A stretch of 42,222 bases of DNA from a virus. Shown in pieces: positions 14,996 to 23,514 of the stretch. The position numbers were made by a program, and so were the translations under genes. A model generated the notes under the pieces. The model was given only the letters and a program-made list of their open reading frames with translations, searched no databases and had not been told where the DNA came from. The stretch covers positions 1 through 42,222 of the IMG/VR virus record IMGVR_UViG_2728369266_000002; one strand, given 5' to 3'. Every line of letters starts with the position of its first letter. Position 1 is the first letter of the stretch.

Positions 14996-17488
14996 TCAGA
15001 ACTCCCCCAGGCTGCTGGCGTACTGCAGGCCGCGATTCACCGTGGTGGAGGTGGGTTCGGCCTGCGGGTACTGGTTGTGCACGTTGACGACGACGCCTGA
15101 GCCGCCGGGCTCGTCGTCCTCGTCGTCGCCGCGGGCGGCGTCGGCGGCGCGGCGCATGGTCGCGTCCGCCGCCCGGCCGGCGCCGAAGGGGTCGAACATC
15201 GAGTCCGACAGCTGGTTCATCTGCCGGTGCAGGGTTCCGGCGCCGCGTGCGATGCCCAGGGCGATGCCGGCCGGGATCATCCGGCCGACCCGGTCGGCGA
15301 ACTCCCGGCTGGGCGAGGCGATGCCGAGCGCGCCCATCGCCGCATCGAGGGCCTGCTGGGCGATCCCGCGCAGGCTCGCGAACAGGGAGCCGGCCGCGCC
15401 GGTCACGCCGCGGATCACGCCGCTGATGATGTCGCGGCCGATCTGCACGAACCGCCCGACGATCCCGCGCACGGTCGATACCGCGGTGTTGAAGGCCGAG
15501 GTGATCGATCCGCGAATGGAGTTCCAGGCCGAGGAGGTGATCGACCGCAGGGTCGACCAGGCTCCCGAGATCAGCGACCGCACGGCCGAGACGGCCGAGG
15601 ACACGCCGGACCGGATCGCCGACCAGGCGCCCGAGACGAGCGACCGCACCGACGACCAGGCCGCCGACGTCGTCGAGGTCACCCAGGACCAGACGGCGCC
15701 GATGATCGTCTGCACCATCTGCACGTGGTGCTGCACGACCGCGACGACCAGCGCTATCGCGGTGGTCACCATGTCGACCAGCAACGACCAAGCTGCCGAG
15801 GTGGTCGAGGTGATCCACGACCAGACCGCCGAGACCACGGCCTGCACCATCGCGATGTGGTGCTGGACAGCGGACACGATCGCCGACCAAGCAGCCTGCA
15901 GCCACGCCACGATCGCCGACCAGGCTGCCGAGGTGACCGACTGCACCCAGGACCAGGCCGCGGAGATCGCGGCGACGATTTCGTCCCAGTACAGGATGAT
16001 CAGGGCGACGAGGGCGACAACGGCCGCGATGATCCACCCGATCGGGCCCAGGCCGATCAGCCAGGCGGCGGCCATCCGCGCGGCCTGGATCAGCGCCTGG
16101 GCGCCCATCAGCACCCAGGCGGCGACGAAGCGGGCGGCGGTGGCGACCATGCTCGCGGTGGCGCGGGCGGCGGCGGCGATCATGCGGCCGGTGGCGGCGG
16201 TGACCGCGACGGCGGCGCGTCCGGCGGCCGCGCCCCAGGCGGCGAACGCGGTGGCGCCGGTGCGCACCGCGCTGATCGCGCCGGGGATGCCGCGGGCGAT
16301 GCCGATGATGGCGCGTGTCGCGGTGGTGGCGATCCCGGCCAGGGCCGCCAGCCGGGAGGCGACCGGCCCGAGCACGATGGACCAGGCCAAGAACTGGGTG
16401 ACGGAAGACTGCACGCCGGGCGGCAGGGCCTGGAAGGCGGCGGCGATAGTGCCGATGACGGCCGCGACGCCGGGGAGGATGGACAGCAGGTCGGCGGCGA
16501 CCTGCCGCAGCAGGGAGAAGGTCTGTGCCAGCTGCTGCTGGCCCTCGGCGCTCTGCGCCCAGGTGGCGAAGCGGGCGGTGAGGGATTCGATCGTGTCGAG
16601 CAGCCCCTGGCCGTCGGCGTGCGCGGCGCCGAAGACGCCGGCCAACCCGGTGCCGAGGTTGACGGCGATCGCCCACAGCTGGCCCAGCACCACCACGGAG
16701 CGCTCGACGAAGCCGTTCATCGCGGCGATGCCCTCGGCGCTGGTCAGCCAGGCGGCGGCCGCGGACAGGCCGCCGGCCGCCCACTGGTTGAACATCGTGA
16801 CGAGCGGCAGGCCGGCGACGCTGAGCTGCATCAGGACGGTGATCAGCGGCCCGACCACGGCGGAGAAACTGTCGAGGGCGGATCGGGTACCGCTGAAGAC
16901 CTGTTCGAGCTGGCCCCGGAACAGGGGCGTGCTCATCGCGTCGATGGCTGATCGGGCCAGGGCGTTGATGCCTGCGGCGACGCTGGTCATGCCGCGGCGC
17001 AGGGTGGGCATCGCCCCGGTGGCCAGCCGCGACAGCTCATCGCCCAGGCCAGCGAACAGGCGCTGCTGCACCGCGCGCTGGATCGGGGCGAACCGCTCGC
17101 GGATACCGGCCCAGCTGCGCACGAACCGCTGCGCCGAGGGCGCGAGGCGATCCAGCGCCTCCTGGAGGGCGGCGGCGTCGCCGTCGGCCACGGCGGCCAT
17201 GGCGTCGCCCATACCGCTCAACCCGACCGCCACGGTGGCGGCCGCGGCCGTGGTCATGGCCAGCGCGGCCGGGACCGCCAGCACCGCGCCCGCCGCCGGG
17301 CCGGCCGCCGAGGCGAGCTGCACAAGCCCGGCGGCGGCGGTGGCCAACGTGGTGACGCGGCCGACGGTCTCCAGCCGACCCAGGCGGCCGATGAGGTTGT
17401 CCACGCCGCGCGCTGCGCGCCGGACTCCGGAGTCGAAGCGCTTGGAGTCCAGGCCGAGCCGGACCAGGAGGGAGGCGACCGTGGCCAC
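14996..17488 (-). CDS. Tape measure protein
   Basis: 830 aa, Ala-rich and helical, with hydrophobic segments and tandem AAWS/VQHH repeats. It follows the G/G-T chaperone pair. Confidence 0.9.
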   Translation of the reverse strand: MATVASLLVRLGLDSKRFDSGVRRAARGVDNLIGRLGRLETVGRVTTLATAAAGLVQLASAAGPAAGAVLAVPAALAMTTAAAATVAVGLSGMGDAMAAVADGDAAALQEALDRLAPSAQRFVRSWAGIRERFAPIQRAVQQRLFAGLGDELSRLATGAMPTLRRGMTSVAAGINALARSAIDAMSTPLFRGQLEQVFSGTRSALDSFSAVVGPLITVLMQLSVAGLPLVTMFNQWAAGGLSAAAAWLTSAEGIAAMNGFVERSVVVLGQLWAIAVNLGTGLAGVFGAAHADGQGLLDTIESLTARFATWAQSAEGQQQLAQTFSLLRQVAADLLSILPGVAAVIGTIAAAFQALPPGVQSSVTQFLAWSIVLGPVASRLAALAGIATTATRAIIGIARGIPGAISAVRTGATAFAAWGAAAGRAAVAVTAATGRMIAAAARATASMVATAARFVAAWVLMGAQALIQAARMAAAWLIGLGPIGWIIAAVVALVALIILYWDEIVAAISAAWSWVQSVTSAAWSAIVAWLQAAWSAIVSAVQHHIAMVQAVVSAVWSWITSTTSAAWSLLVDMVTTAIALVVAVVQHHVQMVQTIIGAVWSWVTSTTSAAWSSVRSLVSGAWSAIRSGVSSAVSAVRSLISGAWSTLRSITSSAWNSIRGSITSAFNTAVSTVRGIVGRFVQIGRDIISGVIRGVTGAAGSLFASLRGIAQQALDAAMGALGIASPSREFADRVGRMIPAGIALGIARGAGTLHRQMNQLSDSMFDPFGAGRAADATMRRAADAARGDDEDDEPGGSGVVVNVHNQYPQAEPTSTTVNRGLQYASSLGEF

Positions 17489-17509
17489 GACGTCACCCCC
17501 TCGGGTCGG

Positions 17510-18261
17510 TTATTCAGGTGTGTCGGGCGCGTCGATGGTGGTGCCGCCCATCGCCTCGTGCGCGGAGCGGAGCGCGGCCCACATGTCCTCGTCGGACTGG
17601 TAGTCGTCCCACTTCGGGACCAGGTCCGAGGGGTTGATCAGGGGGGCGCCCTTCTTGCGGTTCACGTTGTAGATCGCCGCGACGATCTGGGCGGCGGCCA
17701 CGTCGATGCGCTTGCCGCCCAGCGGGCCGGCCACCTTCTCATAAACGGCCCACTCGGTCAGCTCCCGGGAGCTGGTCTCCTCCAGCAGCTTCTCGACCGA
17801 GGAGGATCCGAGGTGGCCGGCCAGGCGGAAATAGAACTGCCGCTCTGGCCGGCGCCTCATTCCCCCAGGAGTTCGTCTACGTCCTCGTCGGTGATGCCGC
17901 TGAGCTTCTGGCACGCCTGGAACACGCGGTCGAGGACGGCGGCGTTCTTGCGGCCCAGGGCGGCGGTGTCGGCGGTGCTGAACAGCTGCTGGCCCTGCTC
18001 GTTGATGGCGCACTTGGCGACGAGCTTGGCGCGGATGTTCTCCAGCCGCAGCTTCTTGCCGTTGCCCGCGATGCCCGCCTCGAAGGCGTCGCGCTCGGTG
18101 CCGGACAGGGACCTGATCTTGACGCGGCCGCCCCACTCCGGGACGTCGACGTAGTCGGTCAGCGCGTCGCGGGCGCTCAGGATCTGGTCACGGCCCAGCA
18201 CGCCGCCGGTCAGCGGCACCTCGGCCACGGGCTCGATGTCGTCCTTCTTCGTGCCGAACAT
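17510..18261 (-). CDS. Tail assembly chaperone G-T fusion via -1 programmed frameshift
   Basis: The -1 frame stays open from the G5 run (17862..17866) down to 17510 and encodes a protein-like sequence (QFYFRLAGHLGSSSVEKLLEETSSRELTEWAVYEKVAG...). Confidence 0.65.
17857..18261 (-). CDS. Tail assembly chaperone (gpG analogue)
   Basis: The ATG at 18261 is preceded by GAGGAGAG. The gene lies between the major tail and tape measure genes and ends at the slippery G5 run. Confidence 0.8.
   Translation of the reverse strand: MFGTKKDDIEPVAEVPLTGGVLGRDQILSARDALTDYVDVPEWGGRVKIRSLSGTERDAFEAGIAGNGKKLRLENIRAKLVAKCAINEQGQQLFSTADTAALGRKNAAVLDRVFQACQKLSGITDEDVDELLGE
17860..17868 (-). other. Candidate -1 slippery site CUGGGGGAA
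   Basis: The minus strand reads CTG GGG GAA TGA. A Gly-tRNA can re-pair one base back on the G5 run. Confidence 0.55.
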
Positions 18262-18313
18262 GGCTCTCCTCATCTGGTGTGCGCCGCCGCGCTAGCCGCG
18301 GCGGCCGGGATGG

Positions 18314-18730
18314 TCAGGGGGCGGGGGTGATGGTGGGGCGGCCGGTGACCTGCCAGGTGATGGTCCCGGCCATCTGGCCGTCTACGGGCATCTCGCGCTC
18401 GAAGCCGGTCATGATCGCGCTGAACTCCCAGACCTCGCCGACCGGGCTCTCCATCTGGTAGGTGCGGGCGTCGTCGTCTTCGAGGTCGGCGACCAGGAGG
18501 TCGTGCTTGTCGGGGTCGTAGTGCACCTCGACTGAGACTTCGCCCCCGTTGATCAGACCGCCGATGAACTCCCGGTAGCGGGTCGGGGAATCGTGTGCGG
18601 TGACGTCGTAGGTGTCGCGCTCCGGCGACGGCCCGCTGAAGGTGCCGACGTTGCCGATCGCGGTGAAGATCTCCGGCGACCCGCCGTCGCCGCGGCGCAG
18701 CTCGGTGCCGAAGGCGTCGCGTCCTGCCAT
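18314..18730 (-). CDS. Major tail protein
   Basis: The ATG at 18730 has GAGGAG upstream. 138 aa and beta-rich, positioned upstream of the chaperone pair. Confidence 0.8.
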   Translation of the reverse strand: MAGRDAFGTELRRGDGGSPEIFTAIGNVGTFSGPSPERDTYDVTAHDSPTRYREFIGGLINGGEVSVEVHYDPDKHDLLVADLEDDDARTYQMESPVGEVWEFSAIMTGFEREMPVDGQMAGTITWQVTGRPTITPAP

Positions 18731-18732
18731 GG

Positions 18733-19134
18733 TTACTCCTCTGTGCTGAGCCACACCCGGTAGCGCACCGGGCAGTGGCGGATGGTGGGGTCGGGGTCGC
18801 GCACCAGGCGCGACCACTCCCGGAAGACCGTGACGTCCTGGAAGCCGTCGACCGCCAGGGGCCGGCGGTCCAGGAGCCGGTCGAGGTGGGCCAGGATCGT
18901 CGCTGTCTCGGCGTAGCCGCGGTACTTCGACCACACGTGCAGGGTGAGCGCGACGGTGAGCCCCTGGTTGTCGTGGGTGTCGTCGGGCTCCTCGACCACC
19001 TCGCCGACCGCGACGTGCGGGTAGGGCGCGGGCTCGGGCACGTTGTCGTACACGCCGCACATCGCGGTCAGCTCGGGGTCGGCGCGCAGCCGGGTGATGA
19101 CGGCGACCTGCAGCGGCCACGCGGCGGTCGCCAT
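18733..19134 (-). CDS. Tail completion / tail terminator protein (DUF3168-like)
   Basis: The call rests on position and size, with ATG at 19134. Confidence 0.65.
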   Translation of the reverse strand: MATAAWPLQVAVITRLRADPELTAMCGVYDNVPEPAPYPHVAVGEVVEEPDDTHDNQGLTVALTLHVWSKYRGYAETATILAHLDRLLDRRPLAVDGFQDVTVFREWSRLVRDPDPTIRHCPVRYRVWLSTEE

Positions 19135-19135
19135 C

Positions 19136-19507
19136 TCAGCCGATCCGCTTCTCGATGCCCTCGCGCACCCAGCCGCGCACCTGCCGGTTGGCGGCGGAGG
19201 CGTTGGGATACATGAACGGCTGCGCCGCCATCTTGCTGGTGCCGAACTCCACGAACTGGCCGTAGTACTCCTCGTCCTCCCACACACCGACCTCGGCGTC
19301 AGCGGTGGACCCCGAGCCGCGCACCCGCTTCTCCAGGGCGGACCCGAGGTCGCCGGTGTCGATGGGCACATCACGCACCGCGCCCTCGTAGGCGGCGTCC
19401 GCCCACTTCTCGGCGACCTCCTCCTGCACCTCGTGCATGTCGGTGGTCATCCGAGCGAAGACCCGGCGCAGCGCCTGGGCGCCGACGACGCGCACCCGCA
19501 CCGCCAT
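19136..19507 (-). CDS. HK97 gp10-family head-tail joining protein
   Basis: The characteristic C-terminal motif FGTSKMAAQPFMYPN is present. Confidence 0.75.
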   Translation of the reverse strand: MAVRVRVVGAQALRRVFARMTTDMHEVQEEVAEKWADAAYEGAVRDVPIDTGDLGSALEKRVRGSGSTADAEVGVWEDEEYYGQFVEFGTSKMAAQPFMYPNASAANRQVRGWVREGIEKRIG

Positions 19508-19839
19508 CAGCGCGCCACCCGCAACACGGCGACCTCGGCGTCAGTGGCGACGTCGTAGGTGATGGAGGCCCGGCCGGTCGAGGGCGAGCGATAGACGGTG
19601 TCCATCGGCACGGCCGCGACGTCCCCGGCCGCGACGGTGAGCGCGACGTCGGCGATGGGGATGCCACGCACGGTGCGGGGCGTGGCGATCGTGGCGGTGA
19701 GCGAGCCCGCGCCGATGTTGCGCACCAGGAGCAGCAGGCCCCCGCCGACGGGCGCCTCGTCCCCGCCGCCGGCGGCCGCGCCCCACACGATCTCGGCGAG
19801 CCCGGCCACCGGCACGGACTGGGCGGCGATGATCGCCAT
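19507..19839 (-). CDS. Hypothetical virion-module protein (110 aa)
   Basis: GAAGGAG lies upstream of the ATG at 19839. The gene is tightly packed in the head-tail module. Confidence 0.7.
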   Translation of the reverse strand: MAIIAAQSVPVAGLAEIVWGAAAGGGDEAPVGGGLLLLVRNIGAGSLTATIATPRTVRGIPIADVALTVAAGDVAAVPMDTVYRSPSTGRASITYDVATDAEVAVLRVAR

Positions 19840-19845
19840 GGTCGG

Positions 19846-20022
19846 TCACTCCTTCGGTTCGGCGTCGAGCACGTCGGCGGCTTGGCGCAGCGCGTCGGCG
19901 AGCTGCGGCCCGATCGGGTCGGTGAGGTCGACGGTCAGCGTGCCGAGGCGGCTGCTGCTCGCGCCGACGGTGAGGGTGATGTCGAGGTCGGCGCACACCG
20001 GCGGCGCCGGGATGATGGCCAT
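19846..20022 (-). CDS. Small hypothetical protein (58 aa), absent from the supplied ORF track
   Basis: Hand translation gives MAIIPAPPVCADLDITLTVGASSSRLGTLTVDLTDPIGPQLADALRQAADVLDAEPKE. GAAGGAG lies upstream, GC3 is high, and the start overlaps the upstream stop. Confidence 0.6.
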   Translation of the reverse strand: MAIIPAPPVCADLDITLTVGASSSRLGTLTVDLTDPIGPQLADALRQAADVLDAEPKE

Positions 20023-20369
20023 CAGGCGGCTCCTTCGGCTTGGCGGGATGTGCAGTCGGCACGCAGGTAGGTGCCGGGCTCCGAGGGCTCGAACGCCGCG
20101 GTCACCAGGTCGACCTCCGTCACGCCCGCGCGGCGCAGCTCGTCGCCGCGCCGCACGTCGGCGCCCGGCAGGAAGTACCAGACCGCGGCCAGGCGGGCGC
20201 CGTCCTGGTCGCCGACCTCACGCTGCACAGACGTCGGCTGGGCGCGGCGCCCGCGCACGGTGGCGACCTGGGCCCAGGTGCGGGTCTGGCCGCCCCCGCC
20301 GTCATCGGCCAGGACGGGCCGCCAGACCTGGACGGGGGTGCGTAGCAGCCGCCCGACCCGCGCCCTCAC
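20022..20369 (-). CDS. Head closure / head-tail adaptor protein
   Basis: The GTG at 20369 overlaps the upstream stop (GTGA). The call rests on the motif VQVWRP...DDGGGGQTRTW and on position. Confidence 0.7.
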   Translation of the reverse strand: MRARVGRLLRTPVQVWRPVLADDGGGGQTRTWAQVATVRGRRAQPTSVQREVGDQDGARLAAVWYFLPGADVRRGDELRRAGVTEVDLVTAAFEPSEPGTYLRADCTSRQAEGAA

Positions 20370-20959
20370 CGGGTCCTCACCACCGCGGCGCCGCCGCCGA
20401 ACCGGCTGGCGAGGCGGCCGCGGAGGTAGTCGGGCAGCTCCATCTCGGTGATGAGCCCGGTGTCTCCGTAGGTGACGGCGTAGTCGCCGATGCGCTCCTG
20501 GCGGATGTCGGCGGCGGCCAGGCCCTCGCCGTCGGGCTCGGCCCGCTGGGCCACCAGGCAGGCGGCGGCGATGCGGCACACCAGGTCGACGATGTCGGCG
20601 GGCACCACGGGCAGGCCGTGGGTGTAGGTGACCTCCACGTCGGAGGGCTCGGTGCAGCCCTGCCAGCCGCCCCACCGCCACAGCGAGGCGCTGGAGCGGC
20701 GCAGCCGCCAGTCGTCGACGGCCGCCCCGTCGATCAGTACCGACGCCACCGCGGTGATGGGCGGCCCCGGCAGCCGCAGCCGGTGGTCGGGGCCGCCGTC
20801 CAGGGTGATGGTGGAGGTGGTCTGGCTGATCGGGCACCCGGCTGCCTCCCGCACCGCCGCTGAGGCGGTGGCCAGGTACACCTCCAGCAGCGGCTCCTCC
20901 TCGGTCGTGACGGTCAGGCCGCGGGCGGTGCAGTCGGCCACGGTGGCCAGCGGGTCCAC
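20366..20959 (-). CDS. Head-tail connector protein (gp6-like)
   Basis: The call rests on position between the capsid-proximal genes and the adaptor, and on size (197 aa). Confidence 0.65.
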   Translation of the reverse strand: MDPLATVADCTARGLTVTTEEEPLLEVYLATASAAVREAAGCPISQTTSTITLDGGPDHRLRLPGPPITAVASVLIDGAAVDDWRLRRSSASLWRWGGWQGCTEPSDVEVTYTHGLPVVPADIVDLVCRIAAACLVAQRAEPDGEGLAAADIRQERIGDYAVTYGDTGLITEMELPDYLRGRLASRFGGGAAVVRTR

Positions 20960-20971
20960 GACGCGGCCCCC

Positions 20972-21430
20972 TTACTCGCCCAGCTCGTCGGCGCGCTTGA
21001 TCAGCTGCGCCTTGCTGAGGGCGCCGGCCTGCTCGGCGTCCAGATCGGTGACCGCGGTGATGTAGGTGATCCAGTCGGCCTTCGGTGCGGCCTGCGGCGG
21101 CCGCGCCGGCGCCTCGCGCGTCGGCGGGGTGGGCGCGGCGCCGGCCGCCGAGGCGATCGCCTGACCGGTCACCTCGTTGGCGGCGATCGCCTCGGGGGTG
21201 ATGGCTCCGGCGGCGATCGCCTCGGCGGTGACCGGCGCCGGCGGTCGGGGATCGGCGGGCGGCTCGGGCGGGTTGTGCTCGGTGACGCCGTGCACGGCGG
21301 GCACCTGGCGCAGCTCGGCGGCCAGCTCGGGATCGGTGACGATGGCGAGCCCGGCCCGGAACCGCACCAGCCGCCCGGAGCTGGTGCGGATCTTGCCCTC
21401 GGGGTGGCGGCGGCATTCGAAGACGGCCAC
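20972..21430 (-). CDS. Hypothetical protein with a Pro/Ala-rich linker and C-terminal HeH/Rho_N-like motif
   Basis: The C-terminus reads WITYITAVTDLDAEQAGALSKAQLIKRADELGE. The gene lies immediately downstream of the capsid gene. Confidence 0.7.
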   Translation of the reverse strand: MAVFECRRHPEGKIRTSSGRLVRFRAGLAIVTDPELAAELRQVPAVHGVTEHNPPEPPADPRPPAPVTAEAIAAGAITPEAIAANEVTGQAIASAAGAAPTPPTREAPARPPQAAPKADWITYITAVTDLDAEQAGALSKAQLIKRADELGE

Positions 21431-21433
21431 GGG

Positions 21434-22657
21434 TCACGCTCCGGCCGGGGCGGTGACGCCCAGGAGCTTGCCGTGGGTCTTCTCGTTGCCGTAGCGCAGC
21501 CCGATCTCGCCGTAGATCTGGGACTTCTCCGAGGCGCCTTCCTTGGCCAGCGGCTCGACGAACAGGAAGCCCCTGCCGGGGATGGGCAGGAACACCGGCG
21601 CGCACTGCTCCAGGCTCACGACCTGCAGCGCGGACGTGGGCATGTGCCGGTTGAGCATCACGTTGAGGGTGCCGAAGTCGGTCTCGATGGTCATGACCCG
21701 CACCCCGCCGACGGTGCGGCTGGACTCCTGGAACCCGGCGTCGGTGATGAAGATCTTCGTCAGGGCCCGCTTGATGGCGGCGTTGCACATCAGGGTGGCG
21801 GTGTCGGACTGCTGGATGCCGCCGGAGGTCCACACGTCCTGCAGGATGTCCAGCACCATGCCCTCGGTGAGGGCGGCCGCGGAGTGCACGTCGGCGCCGC
21901 CGTCGGTGGCGAAGGCGATGGTGGTGCCGCCGGGCTTGGCCGCCAGGGTGAAGGTGTTCGCCGTCGCCCCGGTGACGTAGTAGAGGGTGTTGGTGGCGAG
22001 CACGCCGACCGCGCCGCCGGTCAGGGCGGTGACCACCACGGCGTCGCCGTCGGACAGGCCGTGCGCCGCCAGGGTGAAGGTCTCGTTGTCGGCCTCGATG
22101 GTGGCGGTGCCGATCTCGGTGGACCGGTCGGAGGTGTTGGTCTCGGTGGCGGCCATGATGCCGCGGGTGCGCCGCGCGGTGGCGTTGGTGCCGGGGTTGT
22201 GGAACGTGCCGGTCAGGAAGCTGACCTCGACGTCGCGGGCGATCTGGATGAGCTGCTGGTCGACCTGCCAGTCCAGTTCGTTGAGCACCGGGTTGGCGCC
22301 GGCCAGGCCGACCGCGCCGGGGTGGGCGGAGCCGGTGGAGTGGAACTGCCCGGTCGCGGCCAGCTTGGTGTAGCTGACCTCGACGGCCTCCTGGTGGATC
22401 TCCACCACGTTGGTGACGTTGAACCGCACCCGCGCCTCGGCGGTGGGGGCGGCCGCGCCCTCCACCCGCTGCCGGGCGGCGTCGGGGGAGCGCAGGTCAT
22501 AGCCCTGCCACTGGAACAGGATGCCGTCGGCGATCTCGCCGCCGGTCAGCCCGCCGATCGCGGACAGGAACGGGGTGTCGGTGGGGGTGACGGCGAACAG
22601 CTCGCCGACGAAGTTCGGCAGGTCAAAGGTGTTGCCCATGCCGGTGATGCCAGGCAT
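21434..22657 (-). CDS. Major capsid protein (SU10-type fold family, from the N-terminal signature)
   Basis: The N-terminus reads NTFDLPNFVGELFAVTPTDTPFLSAIG. 407 aa, and the gene follows the scaffold gene. Confidence 0.85.
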   Translation of the reverse strand: MPGITGMGNTFDLPNFVGELFAVTPTDTPFLSAIGGLTGGEIADGILFQWQGYDLRSPDAARQRVEGAAAPTAEARVRFNVTNVVEIHQEAVEVSYTKLAATGQFHSTGSAHPGAVGLAGANPVLNELDWQVDQQLIQIARDVEVSFLTGTFHNPGTNATARRTRGIMAATETNTSDRSTEIGTATIEADNETFTLAAHGLSDGDAVVVTALTGGAVGVLATNTLYYVTGATANTFTLAAKPGGTTIAFATDGGADVHSAAALTEGMVLDILQDVWTSGGIQQSDTATLMCNAAIKRALTKIFITDAGFQESSRTVGGVRVMTIETDFGTLNVMLNRHMPTSALQVVSLEQCAPVFLPIPGRGFLFVEPLAKEGASEKSQIYGEIGLRYGNEKTHGKLLGVTAPAGA

Positions 22658-22702
22658 TCGGTGCCTCCTGGTGGTGACGGGGCAGGCACGCGCCTGCCGC
22701 TG

Positions 22703-23464
22703 CTACTTGGTGGTGTTGAGCTGGTTGGCGAGCTTGAGCCGCCGCGCGGTCTTCCAGTCGCCGGCCTTCTCCGCGTCGCGGATCTGGTCGGCCAGCGTCG
22801 CGGCCCGGCCGCGCTTGCCGCCGTCGCCCCCGCCCGCGAAGCGGCGCCCCGTTCCGCCGGCGGCGGCGAGGTAGGGCTTCTTCTTCAGCAGGTCCTCGAT
22901 CGCGTCGGCGATCTCGCCGGCGTCGACCGCGCCGTCGTCGTCGACCTCGAACGCGGTGAGGTCCAGGAACTGGTAGGCGTCGGCCGGATCGGCGAGCTTC
23001 CCGGCCGCCGCGGCCTTGACCTCGGCACGGACGATCCGGGCGTTGGCCTTGGCCGTTGCGGCCTTCTCCGCCTCGGAGCGAATGACCTCGGGGTCGTTCT
23101 CCTTGCCTTGGGCCTTGAGCGCGGCCAGCTCCTGCTCGGCCTTGCGGGCCCGCTCGGCCAACGCCTTGCGCTTGGCCTTCTCCGCCTCCAGGGCCTTGCG
23201 CCCCGGGGCGCCAAGCGGCTCGTCGCCGCCGTCACCCTGGCCCTCGCCGCCGTCGCCTGGGCCGTCGGGGTCCGCGCCGTCGGGGTCCGCGCCCTGGCCC
23301 TCGCCGCCGTCGTCCGCGCCCGTGTTGCCGCCGTCGCTGGGGGCGCCGTCGCCCTCGCCCGAGCCGCCGAGGATCGGCCAGATGGGCCGCCCGTCGCGGC
23401 GCCACCCGAGCGCGGCCAGGCCGGTGATGGGGTGGACAGGCAGGTCGGTGTCGTGATCGGTCAT
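22703..23464 (-). CDS. Capsid scaffolding protein
   Basis: An acidic Gly/Asp-rich N-terminus is followed by an Ala/Lys/Glu coiled-coil. The gene lies between the MuF-like and capsid genes. Confidence 0.75.
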   Translation of the reverse strand: MTDHDTDLPVHPITGLAALGWRRDGRPIWPILGGSGEGDGAPSDGGNTGADDGGEGQGADPDGADPDGPGDGGEGQGDGGDEPLGAPGRKALEAEKAKRKALAERARKAEQELAALKAQGKENDPEVIRSEAEKAATAKANARIVRAEVKAAAAGKLADPADAYQFLDLTAFEVDDDGAVDAGEIADAIEDLLKKKPYLAAAGGTGRRFAGGGDGGKRGRAATLADQIRDAEKAGDWKTARRLKLANQLNTTK

Positions 23465-23514
23465 CGTGTTCTCCCGTTGCGGGTGGTGGCGGCCGCCGTT
23501 GCGGCGGCCGACGT

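Noticed and set aside
22900-23330. Gly/Asp-rich repetitive coding stretch (GEGQGADPDGADPDGPGDGGEGQGDGGDE) as a possible separate feature.
   Set aside because: It lies within the scaffold protein N-terminus. Acidic low-complexity tails are common in scaffolds, and nothing suggests an independent element.
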